DNA of 64,000 nt. Source: Tubulanus polymorphus. Taxonomy: Eukaryota > Animalia > Nemertea. The position numbers and the translations under genes are program-made. The stretch is from NCBI RefSeq assembly GCF_964204645.1, contig NC_134033.1, positions 3,992,231 to 4,056,230 on the forward strand, read 5' to 3'. Of this stretch, positions 24,353-37,958 are shown in pieces (the stretch's first letter is position 1; every line of letters starts with the position of its first letter). Under the pieces are notes generated by a model, which saw nothing but the letters and a program-made list of their open reading frames with translations, did no database searches and was not told where the DNA came from.

Positions 24353-25719
24353 TTGCTGTAACTCAAATATAGCCGGCTGAAAAACGGAAACGAAAATCGG
24401 ATAATCGTCAAGCTATTGAAGAAGATTGAATATGCAAAATGTAAGGACGGGTGTAGTTTAATATAATTACCTTATCTTAATGTAAAGATACCGAAACAGC
24501 AAAATGTGGGTTGATGCGGTTCCCAATGCAGCAGCAGCAGCAGCAGACTAGTTAGGACGTTGCGACAAACGAGTTGTGTACATGTAGTTGTCAGTAGTAG
24601 CGAACTGGTTTCGGTTTAACCCTAAAAAGACACAATATTCATAATGTATGAATGTGCGCGAAATAGAACATCGGAAATCAGCGACAACAGCAACTCGTCT
24701 TCATCAGCAAATTAGCCGTAATCTGTTTGTAGTTGAAATCAGACATCAACAGCAGCAGCAGCAGTATCGGGATCTCCACCGCAATCATCAGCATCAACAG
24801 CCGCCAGTCTCATCTTGCGTTCTCAATCGCTAGGCGTCACAAATTCCTTCACGTTCCAGTCTCTCCTAACATCATCAGCCGCTTATCAGTAGGTTGTTTG
24901 CTTAAAGCCACACGTTCTTCACGCCTTGTTGCAGAGCTCTTATAGGTCGACCTTCATCACTGGACATCGGTTCTCGGACTGGCACCGGGCGGCTCGAAAC
25001 GCGCTTCTAATACCTACGTCAACCAATCAACGACGGTGCATCATCGATGCGACCGGAATGGGTCAATCAGAAAGCTCGATCGCGCATTCCTGTGACAGAC
25101 CCGAGTCCGTGACGCTAATCCGAAAGAACTATTCAATTCGTGCCAAACATTTTCAATGGGGCCTATACAGGTCATCGAGTTTAATTCGACTATTCATAGA
25201 GGCACATATTGTTTAAGATAGAAATATCGAATGCTACGATTTTTGCCTAAAATTGTAAGCTGAAATTTTATCTAAACTATCCAACAAACTTTAGTGTAGA
25301 TTTCCCTTCTATTTACGTCTGGTTTTGAACTATAATACCGGCTCAATTTTACTATTTTCGAGTTTTGCTTTAGGATATCGAAGTTTGCTTAAGGGTTTGT
25401 GCAGTGACGCGGCACTATTGTGTAGTAGAGCGTATGGCAGGTCTCCAGTGAGTGATTCTCTATTGGATAGAGTCGTTTTGAATCCGAATTTATACACAAG
25501 TTCACCAGACATCGCCGCGTACACATCTTCTTTAACCGAAATCTGGTGAAGTTAAAAAAATTATCAAAGTTTTATCATCAGTTGAGAAAGAACTGTGATT
25601 GATCACCGCGTGCGCTGCTTGTACCGAATAGTCGCTTGGATTTCTTCAGTTCGAGGAATTGAATAAATATAAAAAAATTTCCCAAACCCTCACCACTAAA
25701 CTTAAAATAACAAACTAAT

Positions 25720-26010
25720 ATTGTAAAAAAGTCGAAGGTCCCTGGGGGAATTACTCCGCAGCCTGGACCGGTATTGTGGGATAAATAAATAATTCAGCCA
25801 GAAACGACTGAATTAAACATAATTTACCCCACACCAGTTATTTTGTAGGACTCACGCATTAGCAACCTCATTCCAGGGAGGACAGTACTCTCGACTCGCC
25901 CGCTTACCGGAGATCATTTGCCACATCCTGACCCGCCTCCTCCGAGACTCGAACCCGGGCCACAGCGGTGACACGCTAGTCGCCGACCGACTAAGCCATC
26001 CGGTCCGCCC
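25720..26010 (-). mobile_element. tRNA-derived SINE
   Basis: Minus-strand head gggcggaccggaTGGCTTAGTCGG...GGTTCGAGTCT (Pol III A and B boxes), followed by ~200 bp of body and a T/A-rich tail. Confidence 0.55.
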
Positions 26011-26881
26011 GATTGTGATTGGAAAACATTCTAACATGTAACTACGTGTAACCATGTTACATGTAAATGTTACCATCGATTTCAAATTTGATTCATGCAA
26101 CTGATTTCATGATGCTGTATTTTGTCGAGATACATTTGGTTGACGAAAAGTGGCTTAATTACATCAGCAAACTGCAGAATTTCTTTTCTATTGCGTCTGG
26201 CAAATCCGGTAAAATCCACTAGAAATTTTGAATTATTTCTGTTTAGGAAATTAAGGTTAGGTTAGGTTTAAGCTTAGTCGAAGAAATGACGGACCCTCGT
26301 TATAGCAAACTGAAATACAGTGGACTCAATCTTAACTCGAATCGATTGTGATCTCAGTGATTTGTGTTTGAATTCCAATTAAACAACGGAAATCTGATTG
26401 CCAGCATCGAATGTAAGTATTCCAATATTTGTTTTCGGAGTTTCAATGCTTATTCGACTTGAAGAGATTCGAGTTACGAGTAATCTAACGATTTATCAGA
26501 TATAAACAATCGAAAACATTTGCTTCATTGCATATTGGGTCATACAATCCATATCGTATATGTTGTAACCCGCTTTAATCGTCTGACACTAAAACCGTTC
26601 TAGATTCTGTATTTAGACGCGAGACAAATATGAAAATATTGAGAAATAACTAAAATTGTGGATTTGTCACCTGACGCTCAATAACACAAAACTTTTGCAG
26701 GGATTTACTGAAACTGAAGTGTCCGTTCAAACTTTTAAATTGGCTTTAAGTGCAAAATATAAAACCAATTCTAAACACATTTGACCTGGTCCAGAGTTGA
26801 TACGGGCAATTCGGCAGTATAGGAAGGTGGGCTAGACTATAACGGGCACCGAGGAGTCGAGTAAAGGTTTGTGAAAGGTTG

Positions 26882-26917
<36 letters not shown>

Positions 26918-26927
26918 AATGAAGTGT

Positions 26928-29309
26928 GGGTTTGACTATTTCACGGAATGGCTTCTTATTGTAATAATGTTACAAATGTGTAAATCACCGGTTCCGGAGA
27001 TTGTGGTTCTAAACAATGCAACAGATGTCGCCTTCGCTAATTTACACTTGTCGTAGAGTTTTCTCAGGAGACTCAGGAGGTTAGCTCGGTGGGCACAGGA
27101 CGGCGCTCCGGCCCACAGACTGATGGAGGTTAGAAACTGACTTTCACCGAGATGGTTATTGCGCTTTGCGTCCTGTCAGACGTCAACTTCACTCACAAAT
27201 CCTCAAGCTCGTGCCACTAATTTCCCTATTAACTGAATTACTGTAGAGATTGATTTAAAAGTTGAAATAATCTGCCTTAATAACTGGTATCTGGCTGATG
27301 AATGGAGATGTCATCAAGTTTAGCGAGCAGAGCCTCATCAGAAATGATTTTGTCCCAGAAACCGTTTTTACATTCGAATAAACTTTGTACAATTTTGAAT
27401 AAAAGTCATGTAGGAATCAAGGTTTCAAGGTTTCAAATTTGTCATTTTATTTAAATCTGCAACAAGTGTGAATTACGAGTCTCCTTTATTTTAATAATTC
27501 TTGCTCAGTCACACGTATAAAACCAATAAACCAAATACAATACATCGAAATAGTAAAGCTGATCTTTGAGTGAATACCTGGCTTAGTTGAATAAAAAGTT
27601 TTATAATCAGTTTATTATCTTCGGTTATGAATATATCCGAAAAATGACATATGTTGCGTTTTCTAAGAACCACCCGGTAGAGTTTGGATGCTGTAACGAC
27701 GCTTTGCTCATCCGCTGGTGCTGTATAAGGACTTCTCTCCGCTGCTGGTTCAAGGTTCCGATAATGATACATTTGACAATGTCGCGTTCCTCTAGGTAAG
27801 TGAAGTGTTTAGCGATTTGAAATAGTCAAAACCAAGATAGAAACTTTCGAAATAATGCATTTATCTATAACCATTTCGAATTCTCTTGAACTTCGAGTGT
27901 TTGGTGTGTTGACGAAACCCGTTATTTCGGTATTTCTATGAAAAGTTCTTAAACCCGACCTAAATTGCAGAAATCGAATCCTTTATTTCAAACACTTTAT
28001 TTTCATTGAACACACACGCAATGAATTTCAGTATTTACACCTCGCATATCTTCAGGTATTCCACCTCCTCACAGCGTTATTCACTTATACTACGACACCC
28101 TACAAAACAAATAGCATCAACATTTTAAAAATATGCAGGGCATATTTATGAAAAGGTGGTTGTGGTTGTTAGGCTTTAGACACGTCAGTGATACCTTTTC
28201 AACGTGTATTTCTAACTCAAATTCGTTTTAACAGTGTCTTAATCTCTAAACCAAACCCTAAGCAGAACGCCGTCCCCAAATGTGTGGAACTGCATCACGA
28301 AACGGCCTAGATAGTGGAAGGCGATGGAGGGAGACGTGTTCGCGCCGGTGGAGGGAGACTCCGACTATTTCGTGTTCACTCAAGGAACAACTCGAAAAAA
28401 CTTCGTATCAATTGCATCAGGTCATTTTCAGCTTCACTTCAATGTATTTTACTGTTTTTATACGTGTGACTGAGCAAGAACAATAAGAGAATAAGTAATT
28501 TACACTTGTCGCAGATTCAACCAAAATTACGAACTTAAAACAGAACATAATAACATGATATGATTTATTTGTCACTTAAAGATAACAATGAAATAAAGAA
28601 TGCCGAGTTAACATCAATAAGTGAGGGTGCAGTCACAGAGCTCGCAGGCTGTAACAACTTAGGACCAAGCCAAGTGGTTTCCACAATGGTTTACCACGGT
28701 AATTTTATTCAAAATCTGCCATCATTTTTTCTAAGAATACTCTCACTAGCTTTATTTACTTGCAGAAGCCGATTCGTCGCTGGAGACCAGAAAGGGCCAT
28801 CACAAAATAGCTATGTCTTCATTCATTCGGCTCGGAGAAAGTAAAGTCAACATCGCTTAAGTCCTCTTTAGTTGGGAGAATCGTTAAGATGATGACTTAC
28901 CGAAAGAACGTATTACAAATTACTCCAGAGAATTGGAAATACAAATACTGATGTAGTGTGATGACTTATCTGATAATGACTTAAGCGAGGTTGAGTGTGT
29001 AGTGGCAAGGTGTTAGGTATGGTAAACGAGGGGATCATCTGTTGGTCGGAAATTGAAATAACCATTTTAGTAAAAAAGTCTATTTCTGTCATGAATTCGC
29101 CGGTGGGCCGGAGCGCCGTCCTGTGCCCAACGAGCTAACCTCCTCGGTCTCCTGAGAAAACTATACGACAAGTGTAAATTAAGCGAAGGCGACATCTGTT
29201 GCATTTTTCAGAACCACTCTTCGTAGTAACCGCGATCCCCAGACCCGGAAACTTACATATTTATACGCATTATTACAATACGAAGCCATTCCGTGAAATA
29301 GTCAAACCC
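26928..29309. mobile_element. Non-autonomous DNA transposon with ~190-bp terminal inverted repeats
   Basis: 26928-27116 (gggtttgactatttcacggaatggctt...gcacaggacggcgctccggcccac) is the reverse complement of 29103-29309; no transposase ORF inside; adjacent to (TA)n at 26886-26913. Confidence 0.7.
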
Positions 29310-31049
29310 GAAATTCATATGACTATTAAATCTACTCGTTATAACCGGATTAATCGTCCTTGACTGATCAGAGATTCCATTCTTAACTCCAGGCAAGCAG
29401 ACGATCAAAACTAATTTGAATCAATGATTTAGAACAAAATTGCGATATATGTTTGATAAATGCGACCACCTTCCCAAGCCTATAGCTCGACTACTCTCAG
29501 GTGCTGTATAAATGTCTCGGACGATTGAACCGGTTACAAGTCGGTTTTACAAGTAATATTTCATTATCCAGTTTTATGGAATAAATTTCAAGATTGCTTT
29601 ATCTGATAAATTGTTTCACATAGGACTCCTCTTAACTCAAATTTGTCAAAACCGGCAAGTGGAATTATCATTTCAAACTTTAATACACATAATTTAGAAC
29701 CATTACAACAAAAGAATATCAAGAATATCAATCAGGTTTTTCTAACACCTCAAACATTAATCACTGGTCAGAAATTAATTCGAGTTAAGAGGAATTTTAG
29801 GAGTCTAATGTATCTGAAATTGCTGTAACGAGGACCAATCTGTTTGATAGATAGGCTTAAACTCGACCTAACCTAAGTTTCCTATACGAAAAACTATTAG
29901 AAATTCTACTCACCAATTCATGGATTACTTCGATCAGTTATCTGTTTGTTTCTTAGAAGATATGACATCCAAGCAGGCTACAACATTCTACTGGTCTGTT
30001 GGTCCAGGTTGGTAAAGTCCAGCACGCAGACAGCAATCGGGTCTGGAGTAATCGAGGAATGTCTGAATTCCAATTATGCATTTGTTGATTTAGTCCGCAG
30101 CAGGTATTGACAGCAAACAGGTCCCGAGTAAGCGAGGAAGGCCTGAAGTCCACTGTGTATTAGTTGATTAAGTCCAGCACGCATTGACAGAGGAAGTAGA
30201 GCTCCTCTGAAAAAAACGTAATGATCACCGTTATGTTTTTTAATTTGACTCCATACAATCCGTTATATCCAGTATTAAAAAACCTACAAATCTACTCACC
30301 ACCAATTCAATTCTGGAGAATCATAGATTATTTTGAAAACAGCGTTGTTTTAGTCAGCCCCGCGGTATTGGAAGCAATGAGGTCCTCAATGAGGAATGGC
30401 TGATCTGAAAAAGAAAACAATTTCATATTTTACAGTTTCAATTCTGACTGATGAATCAATATTCAAGTAAAGAAGCCCGAGCCCTTATAGCTTATAGATT
30501 TACAAAATCCCGTTTAAGATTCAACTCACCTAACCTCACGTAAGGACTGGACATATATGTGCGTGTATAGTGAATTCAACGTGCGTCAAGAATTAATCCT
30601 CAAAACTGGTTCAATTCAAATCGAACACGTATTACATGATTTCAAAGACCGAGGACAATAACATGACACAATATGAGCTGAGTTTGTCATAATGGGACAC
30701 GAGCACCACTGGCTACAAAATACCACTGAACTACAAACGCGTGGTTCTATGATAATACGTACCACACCCTCTGTACTATTCTAACAAACTCAAAAATATT
30801 CATTTCAAATACAATGAATAAGAAGTTGACCAGTGGGTATCAATAATTCATTAGCTGGAGGATACATCGGTCAAATATAAGAAGTGGACCAGTCCTCATT
30901 AGAATGCACAAGAAATATCTTAGAACAGTTCGCACTACATTCAAATAATCAATTTCCATTGTTTATGACTCGAATTGTCGCTGAATTCGAAGAAAATTCT
31001 TAGAACTATTAGCGATAGACTGTAAACTAATGCCTCGATCAAAAATCAT

Positions 31050-31265
31050 TCCCAGGCCTAGCTCATTCTCAGACCTAGCTTATTCTTAGACCTAGCTCAT
31101 TCCCACCACACCTAGCTCATTATCAGACCTAGCTCATTCCCGCCAGACCTAGCTCATTCCCAGACCTAGCTCATTCCCAGACCTAGCTCATTCTCAGACC
31201 TAGCTCATTCCCAGACCTAGCTCATTCCCAGACCTAGCTCATTCTCAGACCTAGCTCATCCCGCC
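31050..31265. repeat. ~17-21-bp minisatellite (agacctagctcattccc)
   Basis: Visible tandem units. Confidence 0.9.
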
Positions 31266-31850
31266 AGCCCACGAATTGTTATCGCGGGATAAAACGAAAA
31301 ACTACCGTTTTATCGCGAAAATGAACCCAAAACATTTCGGTTTTTACTGACAGCCATCATCAGGAATCTGTTAGAAATAAAGAGATGTCGCGCACGTAAT
31401 GTCGCGCTAGAGAGTCGCCATATACGTAAACAAAAACAAAAGATAACCACAGTATTTACGAACGTTCTTAGTTAAGTTCAACTCCCAGAGTTAAGATCAG
31501 TATTTCGATACATGGATTGTCAATGTTCGAACTCAGTATGCTCGCGTTCCCAGCGGTACATGCCCTGTGGCGGTTCTCGATGAAAGTTCTGTTCTGGTTG
31601 GTGTAATAGGCCAAAAACACCGGGGTGCCTTTTGCTAAAAAGTTGATTACAGTTAACCAATGGATGGTCAGGCGTCCCGAGGAATTTTCATAGGGGTTCA
31701 AATTAGCATCAATCCAGCATTCGAGCACAATGTCTGGTTTTTGGTGGACATGCCCCTCAGTAACTGGCCCCGGAATGTTCTCTCTCCTCTCCGATGACGA
31801 ACTAATGAGAAATACACGTCTTGTCTTTCGTGAATTAGTATTTATTGATA

Positions 31851-33319
31851 TCAGGCAGTATCGGGAGTCGTTTGAATGCAAACTGCTGGCTGCTGAACAC
31901 CGAAATCTTGGTAATCCAAATCTACAAAAAAAATCAATTGAAAATTAACATACCGGTACGTGAACTGAACAGAGCAAGGCGCATCTTTGAAAGCTGGGCG
32001 TAGGTCGACCTTGCGATGCGACGCGATCGTCGCGTTGCGTCACAAGTGGCTGCACAAGTCGGTTGCGACGCGATTGTCAGCGACTGTGTGCGACTAGTTG
32101 CTCTCCAGTCGCAAGAGCGCGTAGATCGGTTGCGATGGTCGCGTCGCGTCGCAGAAAGTAGAACATGTGCGACTCATTGCGACTGGCGTTGCTGGCAGTC
32201 GCAACCCGTCGACGGCAGTCGCAAGGTAGCGTAGGTCGGTTGGTCGTTGCGACGCGATCGTCGCTGGCGGTCGCAGTAAGTCGCGTCGTCGCAGTGAGTC
32301 GCAAGCCGTCGCAAGGCCGACCTACGCCCGGCTTTAGATAGCTGGGCGTAGGTCGGTCGTATTTGGCGGCGTAGTAATTAAGAATGGTATTTCCATCGAA
32401 ATTGTGTTAAATCGGGTGGTAGATTTCTGACGGATCCCTGTAAGATCCGCCTACACTCACTCCAGCCGGTAGTACGGCCGATGACGTCGTAGTTGAAGAT
32501 GGACTTGACCTTGACCTCGATGACGCCGTCTGCGGGTGCGTCCTTCATGATGAAGAACGCGCCGTATTTAGCGCGTTCGGTCGTTCGCCACGCCTCTTCT
32601 CCCGGCCATCGGTAATTCACTTCGTAAATGGCATTTCTAAAGATAAAAAGAAAACTGACATGAAAGTTTATTGACGACTTGAAGAATAACCCACATAATG
32701 CTCGATATTGTCGACAACGAATGATATTCTATGAATGATATATTATCAAGGATCAAGAAAGTTATTTCTAATTTGAATATATCGACAATATTGAACGCCA
32801 ACCAGTCCAGCCCCAATATCAATGACGTAGTACACACATCCACTCCCACAATATCCCGATTACCATTAAAATTCGCTATCATAAGGGTCATCTTAGTTCT
32901 ATAACCAATACAATAACTTAAGGCTAGTCTCAAGATTTAGGAACACTTGTACTGAAGGTACGATGCGCAACTGATCCCGGAACGCCCCAAAATTTTTGTT
33001 GTAAAAATCTTCTTTCTTTGAATATGCTTCTACGTAAAAAAATAAAACACACAGTTATATGAAGAAAAGTCTATTTTCTAACTGCTTCGGGGTTACTCCT
33101 AAAACTCCATCATCAAAGAAACTAAAAAGAAAAAATGCTTCTACGTGCATCCCTCGGAAGAACTATTTCCATACCTGTAATTGTGAAATGTTAATTGCGT
33201 CCAGAATTTGTTTTTTTCGGTGAATCGGTACTGTATGTTACCGCGCACCGGACACGGCACCATTTTCCACGAATTCGGGATCCAGCCCGACGGAAGCTGC
33301 ATCGCGATATCGAAACCAC
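31851..33319 (-). CDS. Expansin-like (EXLX/YoaJ-type; end of DPBB domain + CBM63) protein, last three exons; 5' exons missing
   Basis: Exons 33319-33175, 32636-32461 and 31921-31851 have compatible phases (AG|gtatgg..tttag|A; A|gtgagt..ttgtag|AT). AATAAA follows the stop (31846-31841). Spliced peptide: GFDIAMQLPSGWIPNSWKMVPCPVRGNIQYRFTEKNKFWTQLTFHNYRNAIYEVNYRWPGEEAWRTTERAKYGAFFIMKDAPADGVIEVKVKSIFNYDVIGRTTGWNLDYQDFGVQQPAVCIQTTPDTA*. Confidence 0.75.
31991..32335. mobile_element. Palindromic MITE (PIF/Harbinger-like) in the last intron of the expansin-like gene
   Basis: TIRs aagctgggcgtaggtcgaccttgcga / tcgcaaggccgacctacgcccggctt; interior rich in gtcgc/gcgac; a third TIR fragment at 32340. 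Confidence 0.7.
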
Positions 33320-33912
33320 CTTCAACAAAAACGAAATAAACATCATCGATCTATAAAACCAGGGTAGTCTCATTACACTGATAAAACCAACGAGGGATTT
33401 CTGGTTAATTTAATGGGCCCAAGAGACCGGTTCCGTAGTCAGGACTTCAGACCAAAAGTGGTCATAACCCTTTGGTGCCCACCCGTTTTTCCCTCAAAAG
33501 GTCTTTTGTGCCCAAGGTATATGGCCGATGCAATTAAACAACGAGCTAGGATACTACTAAAATCATCATAACTTTTTGAATTATGAAGATAGACAGATAA
33601 TCTTTACACCAAATGAAAGGTAACTTTCACAGCTATCAGATAATGCAGAATAACATATTCCATATATATGATTACCCCAAAAATAATGACAAATCACACC
33701 TCATAAAAATTTTTAAACTTCATGAAGAAAATACAATATTTTTTTGGCAAAAGTATATCTAAATGTCAAATAAAGAAACAAATCACACAAAATGGTATAT
33801 TTCCTAAGTTATATCCAAAAATCAAGCCATTTCCTCAATAAAGAAAAGGGTTAAACCTTAACACTGGTCTTAAATTATTAGATTGGCTATAGAATTAAGT
33901 TTGTCTTGGAAC

Positions 33913-36900
33913 TGTTGTGGAGTTGCTTTCGGTTCTCCAACAATGTTGCGGGGTTGAATTTCTCAACCAATTGTTGTGGGGGCCACGTTGCGTTCTCCCC
34001 TCGTGTTGTCGTTGTTGGTTCCGATTAATCCGATAAGTGATATCCCTCTGACTCCGGAATAATAACAACTCTTCTCGTGGGTCTACGTTCTTTCTTTATT
34101 TTCCCGCACAATTCTTATTCCTTCCTACAGCTCGTATTTTTAGGCTTCTCCGCCACTCTCGCATCTCTCTTCCCCTTACTGTGCTGACCCTCCCTTTTTA
34201 TCTTATTTCATGTTACTCGTGACGTATACTTCTACATATGTTATACGTCACGAGTTTATTATACTTGTTTACTTCCTAGCCATACCAGAGCTCAAGGCTG
34301 CCGCTATAACCAGCAACCCTACGCAGATACTCACGTCACTTTCACCTATCTTCTATTCAGTGTCTTGTGTGCGACGTAAGCATCTACGTAGTTTGTTTAC
34401 TAACTTCAGCCACTGCCCTGAACTCTGGCTTCCCTCCCTCTATGCAAACTACTAATTTATCACCCCAATACTATCCTCCTCCCCAGACGATTGGTCCCCA
34501 ATCGCCAAAAATTCACAAGACCCTATTGTAGTTTCCCAAAAAAAAAAATCTTTTCAAAAGTGCACAGGCTTCAGAACATCATTTATAAGCAACATCTCTT
34601 ACAACTTAAAGCCAGCCGCAGGGTAATGAAAATTACACAAAACCTTCAGAACATCAAGACTAATGATACACAACCACCATTCCGTACATCAATTTACAAC
34701 ACCTGTAAAGTAGCCATAAATCACAATTTCTGACCCTTTCCCCTATTATCCCATCCCGCATAACTTCTACCTAAACTAAGCAACACACCCCACTCATCAT
34801 CAGTTCATCTGATTCATCAACGAGACCTACATGGACCCCATAGAATTTTACGGTAAGCAAAAAATATTTCTAAATACTTATAAACTTAACACACGAACTT
34901 TATCTAAGGGAAAGTAATCATCTACAAATATCAAATATGAGACTCTTTTCATCAGTAATATGTAACAATTATGAGGCATGTACATCTGTATATTGATCTT
35001 ACATTTAATGAGAACAAGCCTATACAATTGTAGTCATGCAAAAAAAACATATCAAACACAACTTCCCAAATAGCTTTCATAGACAATCACCCATTTCTCT
35101 ATATCCACATTTATGTAGTCTCATAATTTAACAATATATGACCAACCACTTCAACTTTCTGACTCTTCTCGTTCTCGTTATCTTTACCAAAAAAAATAAT
35201 CAGTGTGTGCAGCCTTATTTGTCTTTAAAATTACCATTGCAAACACGTCAATTTCCCACTGTCCAAACTATCAGCCGTTACCTTAACCGATATCAGATGA
35301 TTTGTCAAACCTGTCCCGACCCCAATCAACGACGTAAATTAATACAGATGCCAGATACATCATTTAGTTGATTATTATGTGCCCAGCACACGTTGGCAAC
35401 ATACATGCTCAACAATGAATTCACAAACAATTTCATAATAATTTTTCTATGTGTACGTAACATAAAGGTAAGCCAAAACATACCAAAAATGAATATACCG
35501 CATGCGTACATTCGCATTATTGAGATATCAGCTGCTAGTCCCCACCCATTTCCTCAGAAAGCACATTTATCCGTAGTCTAGGCAGGGATAACATGAACTG
35601 CTATTTGCGGCTTGGAACCGTTGAAATAGACAGGCAGGCCGCCATATATTTATGGAAGGATGTCATAAAGTGACCACAAAACTCATTAAGATGCATCACC
35701 CAAAAGTTAGGGAAAATTCCTCTGGACACTACTCATTCAGTGCCATTCAAACAGCCGATTCTCAAAAATTAACTTTAACTCCTGGGCCTATGGTCTTCCA
35801 AACCACCCACATCTGATATTCGAATTGTTCTAATTCCTTCCCGCAAATCAGGGGATATAACCCCACATGTAAAACGGCCGACGCATCATCCTGTATATAA
35901 ACCGGTCAAGACGGAAAGTTCGGAAAAAAAAACATAGCGCTCACACATCCCTGCAATCTACGACCATTCAGTTAAGATACCCAATCTACCGAATAATACT
36001 TATCATACTTATTGTATTACGCAATGAGCAACCCTTTACTTCTAAAAAACCAATCCCCTGAATGGCCATTTCAGCATACCTAACAAATAGCTGTATCGTG
36101 ACATTTCTCATTTCCGTATCATCCCCCATGTCACGCCTTACCGGAGTAAAATAAAATCAATGGATAAATAGGGAACCGGCCGACGAATCACCCATTTGGT
36201 ATTTCTTGATATTCGACCCTAATTATGCCCAACATATATATCCAATCTCTCCCAGAGGCCAGCCACTAAACATTATACTGTTTCAAAGGATCTTCAGAAT
36301 CCTTCGGGCTATAATCCCCCGTTTTATTCCGGACCATCCCTAGAGCATCCCTTACTCTTCATCCAGGTCCCTGGTCCACCTTAATTCATTTCATATAAAC
36401 AACTCTATTCAAACCCCCTCCGGTAAGATTCACCACTGAGCGCCCAATCTAACCTTTGCACAATAAACATATTCTATACTAACTCGCGATACTCATTATA
36501 TTTCTTAAAACCACATAAACACCACAGTTATTTGTTAGGTATATACAGGCAGTGAGCGCTTTCAACTATCGTTACACTGTTAACCGAGTGGCTCACCTAG
36601 ACTAATAAATCATTCTTTCGCGAAATACCATCCAGCAAATTTAGCAAACTATAAAAGATTTACGTAGTGCATATTTATATCTACGTAGATACAATAACCC
36701 AGCACACAAGCAACTTAAAAACGCTGAGTATCATTCTACAAAAGCAATCAAAACATGCAGCAATACATATCATATTATTTACAATTACTATAAGCCGCAA
36801 TCGTAGTCCGTTGAACGTCTCCAAGGTCGATTTCCCGTAGCAGATCTATGAACTGTCCGATGATGAAATGCGTTTGTATAATGCCTCTAATACCCCACTG

Positions 36901-37958
36901 TATTTCATTTATCGCGTTACGATCGCAGAATCGCTTCGTTTCCGAACGCCATTATGTCCGTTAATTCACACGAATCTAAATTCGGAGTAGTGAATCCAAT
37001 TTTCTGCCATGTAAAACGTAGTGTCCAAAACACGATCTTACGAAAACGCCACACCAAATCGGATAATTCAATTAATTTAAATATGGAAAGAAACAACTTC
37101 TTTCCGCACTGGAAGCTCTATAATTCATTTCAACTGAATCTGACGATATGAAGATTATATATTTCTCGAATAAGACAAACAAACAGCTATTAAATCCAGA
37201 CGGGAATGGTTTTTATACACAGATCGAGTTATCCGCAATATTTCAACTTAACCCGCGGTAGCGGCCCGTATTTCATGTAATTATAACGGTTACGGAATGT
37301 AACGTTCATCTTACACTTTTACTTCACCCCTGTTCACTCACCAAATATACACGATCGCTTGGCAGCGAGAGGTGCAGGATACACCACTGTTCTCCACCAA
37401 TGTTGTGGAGTTGCCTTCGGTTCTCCAACAATGTTGTGGGGTTGAATTTCTCAACCAATTGTTGTGGGGGCCACGTTGCGTTCTCCCCTTGTGTTGTCGT
37501 TGTTGGTTCCGATTAATCCGATAAGTGATATCCCTCTGACTCCGGAATAATAACAACTCTTCTCGTGGGTCTACGTTCTTTCTTTATTTTCCCGCACAAT
37601 TCTTATTCCTTCCTACAGCTCGTATTTTTAGGCTTCTCCGCCACTCTCGCATCTCTCTCCCCCTTACTGTGCTGACCCTCTCTTTTAATCTTATTTCATG
37701 TTACTCGTGACGTATACTTCTACATATGTTATACGTCACGAGTTTATTATACTTGTTTACTTCCTAGCCATACCAGAGCTCAAGGCTGCCGCTATAACCA
37801 GCAACCCTACGCAGATACTCACGTCACTTTCACCTATCTTCTATTCAGTGTCTTGTGTGCGACGTAAGCATCTACGTAGTTTGTTTACTAACTTCAGCCA
37901 CTGCCCTGAACTCTGGCTTCCCTCCCTCTATGCAAACTACTAATTTATCACCCCAATA
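33913..37958 (-). mobile_element. Non-autonomous LTR retroelement (~4.0 kb)
   Basis: 558-bp direct repeats at 33913-34470 and 37401-37958, with about 6 mismatches. Minus-strand termini TATTG...CAACA. PBS-like TGGTGGAGAA at 37399-37390 (complementary to a tRNA-Ala-type 3' end). Polypurine tract GGGGAGGAGGATAG at 34484-34471 abuts the 3' LTR. No internal gag/pol ORF; no TSD. Confidence 0.82.

Noticed and set aside
24528-24833. CAG-rich poly-Gln ORF
   Set aside because: Short microsatellite-driven frame without supporting splice structure or recognisable homology.
32378-32636. Fibronectin type III exon
   Set aside because: Once spliced to the upstream exon, the peptide fits expansin domain 2 much better.
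34210-34455. Identical 81-aa ORFs at 34210 and 37698
   Set aside because: They lie within the two LTRs; LTR duplication explains the identity.
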